From a virus (taxonomy: Duplodnaviria; Caudoviricetes): 32,123 bases of DNA. The stretch spans positions 1-32,123 of the IMG/VR virus record IMGVR_UViG_3300005758_001162, one strand, 5' to 3'. How positions within the stretch are numbered: position 1 is the first letter of the stretch; each line of letters opens with the position of its first letter. Under the pieces are notes generated by a model. That model ran no database searches, had not been told where the DNA came from, and saw only the letters and a program-made list of their open reading frames with translations. A program made the position numbers and the translations under genes. This document shows, piece after piece, positions 9,331 through 17,963 of this stretch.

Positions 9331-9386
9331 TATTTATACAGGAAACCTGTATGTTTTTAATATAGCGAAAAAATTTTATTTGTCAA
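9331..9386 (-). promoter_or_regulatory. tandem promoters for hsp20: T4-late TATAAATA and sigma70-type TTGACA-N16-TATATT
   Basis: tatttata 9331-9338, aatata 9359-9364 and tgtcaa 9381-9386 on the + strand. Confidence 0.6.
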
Positions 9387-9408
9387 GTAGAAATAAAACC
9401 CACTATAA

Positions 9409-9621
9409 TTATTTCATATACTTTGAAAGACTATGAGCAGCAATCTTATAGTTTATCATAGTTGGAACATCGCTAAACGGAAACTCTAAAATAAAACCGC
9501 AACTGTTTTTCCAACTATCAGTCTTTAGAAAGTGTGCATACTCTTTTAAGTGATCTTTGTTAGATACATCAAAAAAGACTTTTGGTTCTACAACAGGCTT
9601 ACGTTTAATTGTGCGTATCAT
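9409..9621 (-). CDS. hypothetical phage protein
   Basis: 70-aa ORF with FDVSNKDH...Y..F....SW...C.F.LE.PF..VP.MI pattern. Confidence 0.7.
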   Translation of the reverse strand: MIRTIKRKPVVEPKVFFDVSNKDHLKEYAHFLKTDSWKNSCGFILEFPFSDVPTMINYKIAAHSLSKYMK

Positions 9622-9784
9622 AATTTGTTTTGTTTAGTTGATAACGAAATTCCCTTCGAAGCCACCACTTATACTTTGCAAAATAATCCTGCGCTGTATA
9701 ATTAGGAACTTTTCCGGTCCAAGAAATTACCTCGTCTACATGCTCTAGCCACTGACACACCAACCAATGTCTAAAGGAGTTCAT
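9605..9784 (-). CDS. hypothetical protein
   Basis: Trp-rich ORF. The start is probably the ATG at 9784 overlapping the upstream stop. Confidence 0.6.
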   Translation of the reverse strand: MNSFRHWLVCQWLEHVDEVISWTGKVPNYTAQDYFAKYKWWLRREFRYQLNKTNYDTHN

Positions 9785-10098
9785 GCTGTGAACCACTGCT
9801 CTTCGTCTATGGTAACTAGACTTTCACTACCATCATATTCGTTGATACGAAACTTAGTGCCTTCCGGAACCCAGAATACTCGCAGTTGTTCCACTCCACC
9901 AGTGTATTGATCGGGGAATCGTTCTGCAACGTAAGAGTCAATTTCATCCTGCGTAGAATCACTCAGGATTAACTCTACTAGACCTGGGTCAAATAGCAAT
10001 GCTTCCTGAGAATCATCTGATGCCCAAGTGCTCCAGCCAGCGCCGAAGCCAGGACTGACTAGCACAGCAACCTTACCGTCTCGAATTAATCGTTCCAT
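9781..10098 (-). CDS. conserved hypothetical phage protein
   Basis: VAVLVSPGFGAGWSTW ... F.I.EYDGSE pattern. Confidence 0.75.
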   Translation of the reverse strand: MERLIRDGKVAVLVSPGFGAGWSTWASDDSQEALLFDPGLVELILSDSTQDEIDSYVAERFPDQYTGGVEQLRVFWVPEGTKFRINEYDGSESLVTIDEEQWFTA

Positions 10099-10099
10099 T

Positions 10100-10375
10100 T
10101 CACATGCTCCAATAAGATTCAGAACTGGGCGAGCAGTAGTAGGGCGTGTCGTAACGCTCCTGAAATTCCTTACCGCTGATTGCGTTACGCTTGGTTACAA
10201 ACGTTTCAACAACATTGAACTCGTATCCATCAGCAACTTTGTAAGTGGGGTAGAGCGCCTTAATTTCGCGCTTCATGGATTCCAGGTCTGGGCGATCATA
10301 ATCGTACTTGCCAACCAGACGCTTGCCTGCCTTAGTGCGCTTGTCCTGCTTGTAAATTTCTAAAGTGAACATCAT
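10100..10375 (-). CDS. hypothetical early protein
   Basis: Start ATG 10375 is 6 nt below GGAG. C-terminus TPYYCSPSSESYWSM. Confidence 0.75.
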   Translation of the reverse strand: MMFTLEIYKQDKRTKAGKRLVGKYDYDRPDLESMKREIKALYPTYKVADGYEFNVVETFVTKRNAISGKEFQERYDTPYYCSPSSESYWSM

Positions 10376-10381
10376 AATGCG

Positions 10382-10437
10382 CTCCTTATTTCTCATCCTA
10401 CTTATATAGTATAGCATCATTAGGAACGGTGTCAACC
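10382..10437 (-). promoter_or_regulatory. early promoter/leader cassette copy 1
   Basis: GGTTGACA-N16-TATACT followed by the 20-nt leader GTAGGATGAGAAATAAGGAG. Confidence 0.8.
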
Positions 10438-10537
10438 ACTATTTTGTGGTATTTTCGCAACGAAAATTTAGCCGCATTCCGCAGAGATATGCGTTATGTT
10501 AGATTAAATATCCGTATAGCAGTTTAAGGACAACTTA

Positions 10538-11698
10538 ATGACACCTAATTCACTCGATCCTCGTTGGGATAACCAAACCCTAAATTATGACCTAGAAAAA
10601 CACAATTGGCCGGCTTATTGGCTTGCTGTAGCAAAAGAAAAGTTTCCGCAAATTGAAGCACTGGAAACCATTCATGAAATTTTAAAACCATCTGAAATTT
10701 TAGAGCTTGGCCGCTATCTGCAAAAGGCATGTGACGGAAATGAGTTTCAGGATCGTGCAGATTCCTACTATGGTGATTATGTTCCTCAACTAAGCGATGG
10801 TGAAGAATGGATGGTACAGCGCCAGTTCACTATTAGAATGGTTATTCCTAACCAAGAGAAAGCGGGTAGGTTACTTGCGTTCCATCAAGGGATTTGGGTA
10901 GGTAATGGTATCGGGTTGCATACCATTTGGACACCATTTACTAAATGCTATGACACTAACAGCATGTGGATTATGGGCTGGGACGAAAGCCATCGTATCA
11001 CTCAACAGGCATACGATGAGAAATGGAGTTATGATAGACTACAAGAAGAATGCGCTAAACACTCTTGGCCTGTTACACTAGAGCCCGGGCAAGCACATCT
11101 GTTTCAGCAACATCATATACACGGAAACTTTAACAACGAAACCAATATTACTCGTTGGAGTATGGATGGTCGAATTTTATTCAAAGGAGGTTGCTACGGT
11201 AGAAAACTACCAGGTGGCTATTTCCGCTTCCCGGGAGAACGCGATGATGTTCGACCAGTAGACGCAAATAAAATATGGATCACATATGCGGGCTGGAACA
11301 GTAAATTCAGCAACGCTATTCCTTTACCCATGCAGCGACACATCATCGATCCTTACTGCGCCAAACACGGTATTAAGATCAATGATTACCAATTTGAAAA
11401 TGAATTCTTAGATTGGTTTCCTGGTTTAGAAAAATATATCACAGGTTACAATGTTAACGGCATTGTAATGTGCAGTATATATTGTTTGCCGGACAACCCA
11501 TTTTTAAGACACAGAATTTTAAAATTGGCTGTCGACAATAATGTTGAGCTACACTTTGCCAATGAGCTTTGTAGTGTACGAACATTAGATGACATTAAGC
11601 ATATTCAGCGAGTTTTGGAATTCGCAGAAGGAAATGTCAACCCCAACGAATTGATGGGGTTAACACATAAAAATACTTTTAACTACGGTTGGTATTAG
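10538..11698 (+). CDS. Fe(II)/2OG oxygenase-fold protein (StrG / sporadic carbohydrate cluster type) fused to a LIC12192-like domain; HxG variant
   Basis: Q..FTIR...P, FHQG, W.PFT and HGN..N.T..TRWSMD.R form the DSBH core. C-terminal P..MQR.II..YC...E...GIVM.SIY.LP...LHFANE domain. TAAATA at 10505-10510. Confidence 0.7.
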   Translation: MTPNSLDPRWDNQTLNYDLEKHNWPAYWLAVAKEKFPQIEALETIHEILKPSEILELGRYLQKACDGNEFQDRADSYYGDYVPQLSDGEEWMVQRQFTIRMVIPNQEKAGRLLAFHQGIWVGNGIGLHTIWTPFTKCYDTNSMWIMGWDESHRITQQAYDEKWSYDRLQEECAKHSWPVTLEPGQAHLFQQHHIHGNFNNETNITRWSMDGRILFKGGCYGRKLPGGYFRFPGERDDVRPVDANKIWITYAGWNSKFSNAIPLPMQRHIIDPYCAKHGIKINDYQFENEFLDWFPGLEKYITGYNVNGIVMCSIYCLPDNPFLRHRILKLAVDNNVELHFANELCSVRTLDDIKHIQRVLEFAEGNVNPNELMGLTHKNTFNYGWY

Positions 11699-11943
11699 TC
11701 GTAGCGTTTACCGGGATCCTGCTTCCCATTATGCCGATGATCGTTTGAATAACAATCGGGTTTGAAACTAGGATCCTCTACCGCCTTCACCCCTTTAAAT
11801 ACAAACTCGTGATTATATGCGCGAGTCCGCAAGGCAGTTTCGCAAGCAGCCTTTGAGGGATATTGAATCTCAATCTTACCCACATAGTTTTCATCTGAGG
11901 GTAAATTGGGATTGACAAGAAAAATAATTAACCAAAACTTCAT
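11695..11943 (-). CDS. hypothetical protein with hydrophobic N-terminus
   Basis: MKFWLIIFLV start at 11943 overlaps the previous stop. Contains a pair of Cys residues. Confidence 0.6.
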   Translation of the reverse strand: MKFWLIIFLVNPNLPSDENYVGKIEIQYPSKAACETALRTRAYNHEFVFKGVKAVEDPSFKPDCYSNDHRHNGKQDPGKRYD

Positions 11944-12191
11944 ATTAGTGTCCTCACTAGACCGTAACTGATAAACGATAAACAAACTATATTAACAACA
12001 AGCAGGGGTCGATCCTTCATTTTAATCGACGCCAACAACCACATGGCGGTACCGACCCAACCAAATACCAAATCAACAGCATGTAGTTCGAATGCCCTAG
12101 CACCAGTTGCAATAATGATACAAATTGTAGCCCACCATTTAATTAAACTTAAAGATGCGTCAGATGAATTCTGGTTCAATGTCTTTTCCAT
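11940..12191 (-). CDS. small multi-pass membrane protein
   Basis: Three hydrophobic segments. Confidence 0.7.
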   Translation of the reverse strand: MEKTLNQNSSDASLSLIKWWATICIIIATGARAFELHAVDLVFGWVGTAMWLLASIKMKDRPLLVVNIVCLSFISYGLVRTLI

Positions 12192-12462
12192 GTGCTAGAG
12201 TAGTGTGGGTCTTGTTTCCAAATGCCAGTTTGAATATAGCAAAATCGTCAGCCTTTTCAAACTCAGCAGTTACAATCAATCTTAGATTGTATGTAGCAAT
12301 ATCCTGGTCTGTGTGCTTAACAAAACTAATATCAATTCCGTGTTCAGCAGCCCAGTCCCAATAGGGCTGAAGTGTTCTGTTAATAGCAGCACCGTACACA
12401 ATGTCAATACCGTCACTGTCGGGTATTGTAGTGCGTATGAGTTTGTGTTTAAAGTTAGCCAC
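12160..12462 (-). CDS. hypothetical protein
   Basis: 100-aa ORF in operon, ending F....D.A.FKL.F. Confidence 0.65.
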   Translation of the reverse strand: MANFKHKLIRTTIPDSDGIDIVYGAAINRTLQPYWDWAAEHGIDISFVKHTDQDIATYNLRLIVTAEFEKADDFAIFKLAFGNKTHTTLAHGKDIEPEFI

Positions 12463-12787
12463 CCAGCACCTTGTCTAAATGCTTACAACGACCTCTAAAC
12501 TGAAAACCGCTACAGGTGCAGGTCTTAGCATCAGGATCAACAAAATATGTGTCACCTTTGCTGCCTGTTACCTTAACAAGGCTAGACTCAACCTTCTTAA
12601 AAGGATTGGTCTCGAGCTCTACAAATTGCCTGCCACGACGATCAATACCCAAGGGCTTTTTAAAGTATTTAGGCTCGCCTTCTCCCCATGGAATGTATGC
12701 TACCGCCTTACTACCATCCATCAAATAGATGTGATTGGGTTGACGGTACTCAACGTCCCATTTAGTAATTTCTTGTATAGCAACCAT
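12455..12787 (-). CDS. SWIM zinc-finger protein
   Basis: GSKG..Y.V......[14 protein letters not shown] (CxC-x7-CxH). Confidence 0.8.
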   Translation of the reverse strand: MVAIQEITKWDVEYRQPNHIYLMDGSKAVAYIPWGEGEPKYFKKPLGIDRRGRQFVELETNPFKKVESSLVKVTGSKGDTYFVDPDAKTCTCSGFQFRGRCKHLDKVLGG

Positions 12788-12788
12788 A

Positions 12789-13055
12789 TTAGAGCGAAGC
12801 AGCGTAGTTCATCAGCGCAAGAACATCTGCAGGACTTTGGTAGCCCTGAACATCACCATCCTTGTACGCCACGAAGTTACCTTCTGGATCTATCAGCGCC
12901 GTTTCGGCAGTATCAGCACTCTGCGGCTTATTCATGTTAGTCATAAAATCTGCGTTATAATTGGTTCCATAGTTACCCGGGCCAAACTGTACGCTAACAG
13001 TATAACCGTTATCAAACTTAACTTGGAATCCCTTATTGTCGTTTATGCAAAACAT
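12789..13055 (-). CDS. hypothetical phage protein
   Basis: ATG 13055 with AAGGA upstream. GF...[15 protein letters not shown] pattern. Confidence 0.7.
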   Translation of the reverse strand: MFCINDNKGFQVKFDNGYTVSVQFGPGNYGTNYNADFMTNMNKPQSADTAETALIDPEGNFVAYKDGDVQGYQSPADVLALMNYAASL

Positions 13056-13065
13056 ATTTCTATCC

Positions 13066-13350
13066 TTAACCAACAACTTCATCAATCATACGAACAAGGT
13101 CTTCCGCAAAAACGCCACGGAACTGCTTGTCGTTCTTCACTTTAAAATTACGAATGCGGAAGAATTCAATGTCATACAGGTCAGTTGCGTCATTATAACG
13201 AACGTAAACATAACCCTTCCACTTGACCATACCGGAAGTCTTGAACTTAAGACCATCACGCATTGCAACAAGCTCTTTTGCACCCCAAGCCCAAATAGCA
13301 CGGGGATCAATTGCCTTAATCTGCGAAAGAATGATTTGAGCTGTGTTCAT
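13066..13350 (-). CDS. hypothetical early protein
   Basis: Good SD (AGGAG) and first gene after a cassette promoter. Confidence 0.75.
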   Translation of the reverse strand: MNTAQIILSQIKAIDPRAIWAWGAKELVAMRDGLKFKTSGMVKWKGYVYVRYNDATDLYDIEFFRIRNFKVKNDKQFRGVFAEDLVRMIDEVVG

Positions 13351-13356
13351 GTTCTA

Positions 13357-13481
13357 CTCCTAATTCCTTACCCTACATATACAGTATAGCAGAACTAGAG
13401 CTAAAGTCAACCAAAAAGAAACGCTTGTAAATCAATGACTTACAAGCGTTCTTAGTTGTTTAAAATCAATGACTTACGTCG
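13357..13481 (-). repeat. early cassette copy 2: 14-bp motifs, terminator hairpin, promoter and leader
   Basis: AAATCAATGACTTA at 13429-13442 and 13463-13476. Hairpin 13420-13450 with a U-tract on the minus strand. GGTTGACT-N16-TATACT. Confidence 0.8.
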
Positions 13482-13484
13482 GTG

Positions 13485-15809
13485 TTAAAACTTAGTTGTT
13501 ATTTCTACACCAAATGTTCTTGGAGCATTAAAGTTAGCATAGTCACCGAGTACAGTACCATTAGCGTTTGATCGTCTATAGATAAATGAGCTATTGAGTA
13601 GGTTACGTGACCATACTGCAACTGACAGCGGTTGATTAGCAATCTCAATACCTTCAAATGTTACACGACTATTGACAATAAAACTTGCTTCGCTCTTTAC
13701 ATTTTCATTATCAAATGCATATGCTGAAGAAGCATAGTTAGCATCGACATGGAACTTTGCAATGGTATTAGAGCTACCAACAAAGGTTTGATAATCAATT
13801 GACCCTGACAATGCATGTGTTGGAGTATAGACGACAAATACATCTTGATATATAGGAGTCGTGTTAGCTGGGTTTAATGATGCATTAAGTTGCTCTTGTA
13901 CTGTGTTGCGAGCCTGAGGCATATCTACATTTGTATAAGCATATGACAATGTGCTTGACAGGCCTTCTAATGGTTGAACAGTTAGATCTGCTTCAATACC
14001 TCTGATCTTTGTTGTACCTTCAGCATTAACAGTCTCTAGTGTATTTCTAACTGTTCCGTTTGGTTGCGGAACAAAGAAGTTAAAGTCAACTTGGCTGTCA
14101 CTTCTGTCCATCATATATGCAGCAAGATTAAAACGAACTGCACGATTGAACAGTTCCATCTTAGAACCAACTTCGTAGCTCTTTACTTCTTCTGGCCCAA
14201 ATGAACGATAATTTAATGAACGTGAGCTTGCACCACCTGCTCTGTATCCTGTTGTGTACTTTACATATACATTAATGTCTTTGTCAATATCATAAGCAAA
14301 TGTTACAATTGGATCAAAACGCTTGTTGTTTTGATCAAAGGTAAAGTTAGTTGCTGCACCATTGACTTTGAATAGTGTACCATCTTTTTTGTCTTGAGTA
14401 AAGCGGCCACCTGCTGTAATATGTAAGTTATCAAAGTTATATGTACCTTGACCATAAACAGCATAGCTCTTAGCATATGCTATCGAAGCGCGAGCCACTG
14501 TTGCTAAAGGATAGGTAGCAGGATCAACAATAGTGTAACCTGTACCTGTTGCGTTCCACTTATTAGTGTTTGGTGTCTTTGCTTCGTCATTAGCACGCTC
14601 ATTAAAATAATAAGCGCCAAACACATAGTCTAAATTGTTAGTTGAACCAACAGCCTGTAATTCTTGACTAAATTGACGTTGGTCTAATTTAGCAATAGAG
14701 TATCTACTAAAGGTTGCGTTAGGTGTAAACACGGGTGTACGATTAGCGCCGCCCGAGTTATCAAACTGGCGGTCGCTTACTGTACGCCATGCGGTGATTG
14801 AACGAAGTTCCAAATCACTAGTGATGCTGTATTTCACTGTTGACACTACACCAAATGTTTCGCCTACACTTGGTTCTTGTACAACCCCAACTGCGGCGGC
14901 ACCAGAACGTTCAGATTGAACCTTAACTATTGAGGGTAGAGGAGCAATAAAGCCAGAAGGAATTTTATTTCCTGCTGCTGCAATCTGTGCAAGTGTTGCA
15001 ACTGGGCGATTGTACGGGTTGTAGTTAATCAACTGACTTAAGAAAGGAGTGTTGTTGTCACGACCAAGGTCTACTGCAACATCTGCTGTCAAGTTAGTAG
15101 TTGGCTCCCAACGAATAGCAGCACGACCACCATAACGATGATAGTAGTTCCACCCATACTGACCTTCTAGTGGGTTCTTTGTTGTAGCGTTTTGATGCTG
15201 AATAGAGCCATCAAGCTTCACACTAAATCCTGCAATCTTAGGCAAGTTCAAACGCAAGTTACTGTTATAGGAACCATAGTTACCAAAGCCAGTTGTTGCT
15301 GAACCGCCCCATTCGCCGGTTGGAGCCTTGCTGATAATATTAACAGCGCCGCCTTCTGTGTTGCGTCCAAATAGTGTTCCCTGTGGACCACGTAATACCT
15401 CAATGCGCTCAATATCTAAGAACCCAGCATTAAGACCATGCTGACGACCTAGATACACGCCATCAATGTAAACGCCAACTCCCTGTTCGCGAGCGGGTTG
15501 GTTTGCATCACCAGGAACAATACCACGCATACCAACTGTAAGTGCAGACTGTCTAGATTCAAAAGTTGCTACTCTAAGACTTGGAATACCACCGTCTGAT
15601 AAATCAATCAAACTTTGTACTTGACGATTCTTAAGAGATTCGCTGTTCATTACAGCAATTGATATAGGTGTGTCCTGTAGATTAGTTTCTCTCTTTGTTG
15701 CTGTAACAACAATTTCTGCTACTTCTGCCATGTCAGCATTGTCTGCTGCATTGGCTGTTCCAAAAGAAAACAGCGCCATTGCTGTTGCTATAATATATTT
15801 AAATTTCAT
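13485..15809 (-). CDS. TonB-dependent outer-membrane receptor
   Basis: Signal peptide, TonB box EIVVTATKRE, plug motifs GVYIDGVY and ERIEVLRGPQGTLFGRN..GGAVN, and C-terminal PRTFGVEITTKF ending in Phe. Confidence 0.95.
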   Translation of the reverse strand: MKFKYIIATAMALFSFGTANAADNADMAEVAEIVVTATKRETNLQDTPISIAVMNSESLKNRQVQSLIDLSDGGIPSLRVATFESRQSALTVGMRGIVPGDANQPAREQGVGVYIDGVYLGRQHGLNAGFLDIERIEVLRGPQGTLFGRNTEGGAVNIISKAPTGEWGGSATTGFGNYGSYNSNLRLNLPKIAGFSVKLDGSIQHQNATTKNPLEGQYGWNYYHRYGGRAAIRWEPTTNLTADVAVDLGRDNNTPFLSQLINYNPYNRPVATLAQIAAAGNKIPSGFIAPLPSIVKVQSERSGAAAVGVVQEPSVGETFGVVSTVKYSITSDLELRSITAWRTVSDRQFDNSGGANRTPVFTPNATFSRYSIAKLDQRQFSQELQAVGSTNNLDYVFGAYYFNERANDEAKTPNTNKWNATGTGYTIVDPATYPLATVARASIAYAKSYAVYGQGTYNFDNLHITAGGRFTQDKKDGTLFKVNGAATNFTFDQNNKRFDPIVTFAYDIDKDINVYVKYTTGYRAGGASSRSLNYRSFGPEEVKSYEVGSKMELFNRAVRFNLAAYMMDRSDSQVDFNFFVPQPNGTVRNTLETVNAEGTTKIRGIEADLTVQPLEGLSSTLSYAYTNVDMPQARNTVQEQLNASLNPANTTPIYQDVFVVYTPTHALSGSIDYQTFVGSSNTIAKFHVDANYASSAYAFDNENVKSEASFIVNSRVTFEGIEIANQPLSVAVWSRNLLNSSFIYRRSNANGTVLGDYANFNAPRTFGVEITTKF

Positions 15810-15869
15810 ATGTTCTCCGTGTTTGATCGTTACAATTTGATTACAAATTTGACACCTTAAAAACGACGA

Positions 15870-15898
15870 ATCTCCAGGGACTTGCGTCCACTGGAGAT
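15870..15898 (-). terminator. hairpin with GCAA tetraloop between the HD gene and the TBDR
   Basis: Minus strand ATCTCCAG-T-GGAC-GCAA-GTCC-CTGGAGAT followed by TCGTCGTTTTT. Confidence 0.5.
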
Positions 15899-15974
15899 CC
15901 TGAAGTTTAAATTGTTATTTTTATTTAGTTAATACGTTAGAATCATAATGTATAGATAGGTAAAATGATCCAAA

Positions 15975-16478
15975 CTAACTAATTTGATTTTTAGCTTGAT
16001 CCAACAAAGTAGGATCAGCTCTGGTAAGAACTTCAAGAAGAAGTCTTTTTTCTTCTAAGTATGTCTTAGCAAAGCCAGGATCGAACTCAACAATAGTCCT
16101 TGTATTGCTGATTAGGTCCGCAACCTTAATGGTCTGAGCAGCCGCAGGTGCAGCCGCACTATGTTGACGATCCAGTGCCTTACGAGTACTGCGATTGCCG
16201 TCCTCTGGTGTACTAACGTCTGTTAGCCAAAGAACCAAGTCAGCAACTTCACTACCAAACTCTGTTTCTAGCAGGTCAACAGTAACATCCGTGTCCTCTA
16301 GAACATCGTGTAGCAGAGCAGCCGCAACCATAGCATCAGTGCCGCCAACACTGGCCACTAGTTGCGACACTTCGATAGGATGCACAACATAGGGCTCACC
16401 GGTGTACTTGCGTGTCTGGCCTACTGCGGCATGAGCAGCGGTAGCAAACAGTCGGGCTCGTTCAACAATGCTCGTCAT
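15975..16478 (-). CDS. HD-domain hydrolase, Mesh1/SpoT (p)ppGpp-hydrolase-like (small alarmone hydrolase)
   Basis: AH..Q.RK.TGEPY..HP, AALLHDVLEDT and IKVADLISN. Confidence 0.85.
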   Translation of the reverse strand: MTSIVERARLFATAAHAAVGQTRKYTGEPYVVHPIEVSQLVASVGGTDAMVAAALLHDVLEDTDVTVDLLETEFGSEVADLVLWLTDVSTPEDGNRSTRKALDRQHSAAAPAAAQTIKVADLISNTRTIVEFDPGFAKTYLEEKRLLLEVLTRADPTLLDQAKNQIS

Positions 16479-16484
16479 ATTTTT

Positions 16485-16514
16485 ATATTAACATCTTTTA
16501 GATAGATGTCAACC
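16485..16514 (-). promoter_or_regulatory. GGTTGACA-N16-TAATAT promoter, probably leaderless
   Basis: The -10 box is 6 nt from the ATG at 16478 and there is no SD. Confidence 0.6.
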
Positions 16515-16515
16515 A

Positions 16516-17112
16516 CTAGTTCTTAACTGCACGGTAAATTGCTCTTGCTCCCTGCGGACCAGGATGAATACCATCACCAATTGAATTAAGTTCAGGTGAG
16601 TAGCGTTCGAGCGGTCCTAAAAAGACTGCGCCCTCTTCGCGGGCAACAACAGCCAAACGCTCGTTTACGTTTTGTGCATCAAAGTTTACACGATAGGTTC
16701 CGTAGCGATTAGTGAGCCAAGGCGAGTACTTTGATCCGGTGCCAACTAGGTATACACTAGCACCAGCAGCCTTGAGCTTACGAATTTGAGTACGAACCGG
16801 GCCTTCATTAAAATCGCGGCCTGGCCCGCTCTTTCGTTCATAGGTACTGTTACTAGCACCACTACTCAAAATAACCGTTGCACCTTTGGCCTTCCCGGTG
16901 GCAATAAAAGCATCAATGTAACCGATGATTACACGAGTATCCATCCCACCCTTGCGCCAGCGATGATGACCTGCTCGATCCAGACCATTTGCGTTAGCAA
17001 TGCCTACAGCAATACTATCACCGATAACATGTGTTTCTGCATACGCCGCTACCGGTACTAAACCTAGCACGATCGGAATTAAAAATTTAAACAACCTTTT
17101 TCCTTTCTTCAA
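16516..17112 (-). CDS. secreted SGNH/GDSL-type hydrolase
   Basis: Signal peptide, IGDSIA, G..N and DGIHP. Confidence 0.7.
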   Translation of the reverse strand: MKKGKRLFKFLIPIVLGLVPVAAYAETHVIGDSIAVGIANANGLDRAGHHRWRKGGMDTRVIIGYIDAFIATGKAKGATVILSSGASNSTYERKSGPGRDFNEGPVRTQIRKLKAAGASVYLVGTGSKYSPWLTNRYGTYRVNFDAQNVNERLAVVAREEGAVFLGPLERYSPELNSIGDGIHPGPQGARAIYRAVKN

Positions 17113-17390
17113 TCTCCGCTATCAATTTGATAACGATCTCCACACTCTTCACAAGTGTATTCTGTTAAGCAGCGGCCAACGGTACGACTGGTATAACGGT
17201 GTGTGCATGGCACACCGTCTTTGTTTAGCCTAACTTCACCTTTGCCGGTGCCGTACATATATTGCCCGCCGCAATTACTGCAATCGCGATGCGTTTTGTC
17301 TTTGTTCCAACTATAGCTACGCTCGTGGTCAGTTAGTGGAACCTTTCCGCTACCATTGCAAACAGGGCAAGTACCATATTCAATTTTCAT
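17109..17390 (-). CDS. Cys-rich zinc-ribbon protein (DnaJ-CRD-like repeats)
   Basis: CPVCNGSG, CSNCGG, C.H and CEECG. Confidence 0.7.
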   Translation of the reverse strand: MKIEYGTCPVCNGSGKVPLTDHERSYSWNKDKTHRDCSNCGGQYMYGTGKGEVRLNKDGVPCTHRYTSRTVGRCLTEYTCEECGDRYQIDSGD

Positions 17391-17615
17391 TTAGTGTACC
17401 GTGTTAGTGAAAGGCGCAATGAGAATATTTTTGTCGGCAAGTTTAGCAGCCAGCTGATTTATCTCTAGCTCTTGACTATATGCTTCCAGTAACTCGAATG
17501 CATACTGGATATCGTCATCACTCATCTGTTCATACCAATCCTCAATAACTTCAGGAGTAGCGTTGAGTAAGAATTCTAAGTTATCGCGATCATGTTGATT
17601 CATTTTTAACTCCAA
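17391..17615 (-). CDS. hypothetical acidic protein
   Basis: D..NL.FLL......W......DD..YA.ELL pattern. Confidence 0.7.
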   Translation of the reverse strand: MELKMNQHDRDNLEFLLNATPEVIEDWYEQMSDDDIQYAFELLEAYSQELEINQLAAKLADKNILIAPFTNTVH

Positions 17616-17754
17616 GTGCTTCGCACATTACCTCATACAATACCAAACTAAACCCACCCACAATGTAACAGATTATTGCCGGTACTATCCATATGGGCCA
17701 AGTAACAACAAGAAAAACTGCTGCCACTTTCTTTTGTGTATTAGATAGTTTCAT
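17590..17754 (-). CDS. small membrane protein
   Basis: TAATG coupling at 17754 with GAGGT upstream and a hydrophobic stretch. Confidence 0.55.
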   Translation of the reverse strand: MKLSNTQKKVAAVFLVVTWPIWIVPAIICYIVGGFSLVLYEVMCEALGVKNEST

Positions 17755-17963
17755 TATGCCCACCTCAATAGAAACCATGCTAGGTCATGTTCGTTGGTAA
17801 AGCGAACATAGAAGAACCCGTCATCCCAACACCGAATGTTATTTTCCTTGCACCACTTTTTGCTTTCAGTAAGAGTGCTTTGCACCTTACTCCAATCATC
17901 GCGTCTTGGACTATATTTCAGTTCGAGCTTGTGGGGCTTACTATGTTCGCGAACCCACTGCAT
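17754..17963 (-). CDS. hypothetical phage protein
   Basis: Ends F..E.D..WF.LRW, a pattern typical of small phage ORFs. Confidence 0.7.
   Translation of the reverse strand: MQWVREHSKPHKLELKYSPRRDDWSKVQSTLTESKKWCKENNIRCWDDGFFYVRFTNEHDLAWFLLRWA

Noticed and set aside
15860-15905. GGACGCAA hairpin as a c-di-GMP-I or cobalamin riboswitch before the TBDR
   Set aside because: It lacks the GGCAAAC P1/P2 elements and the B12 box. A simple hairpin or terminator explains it.
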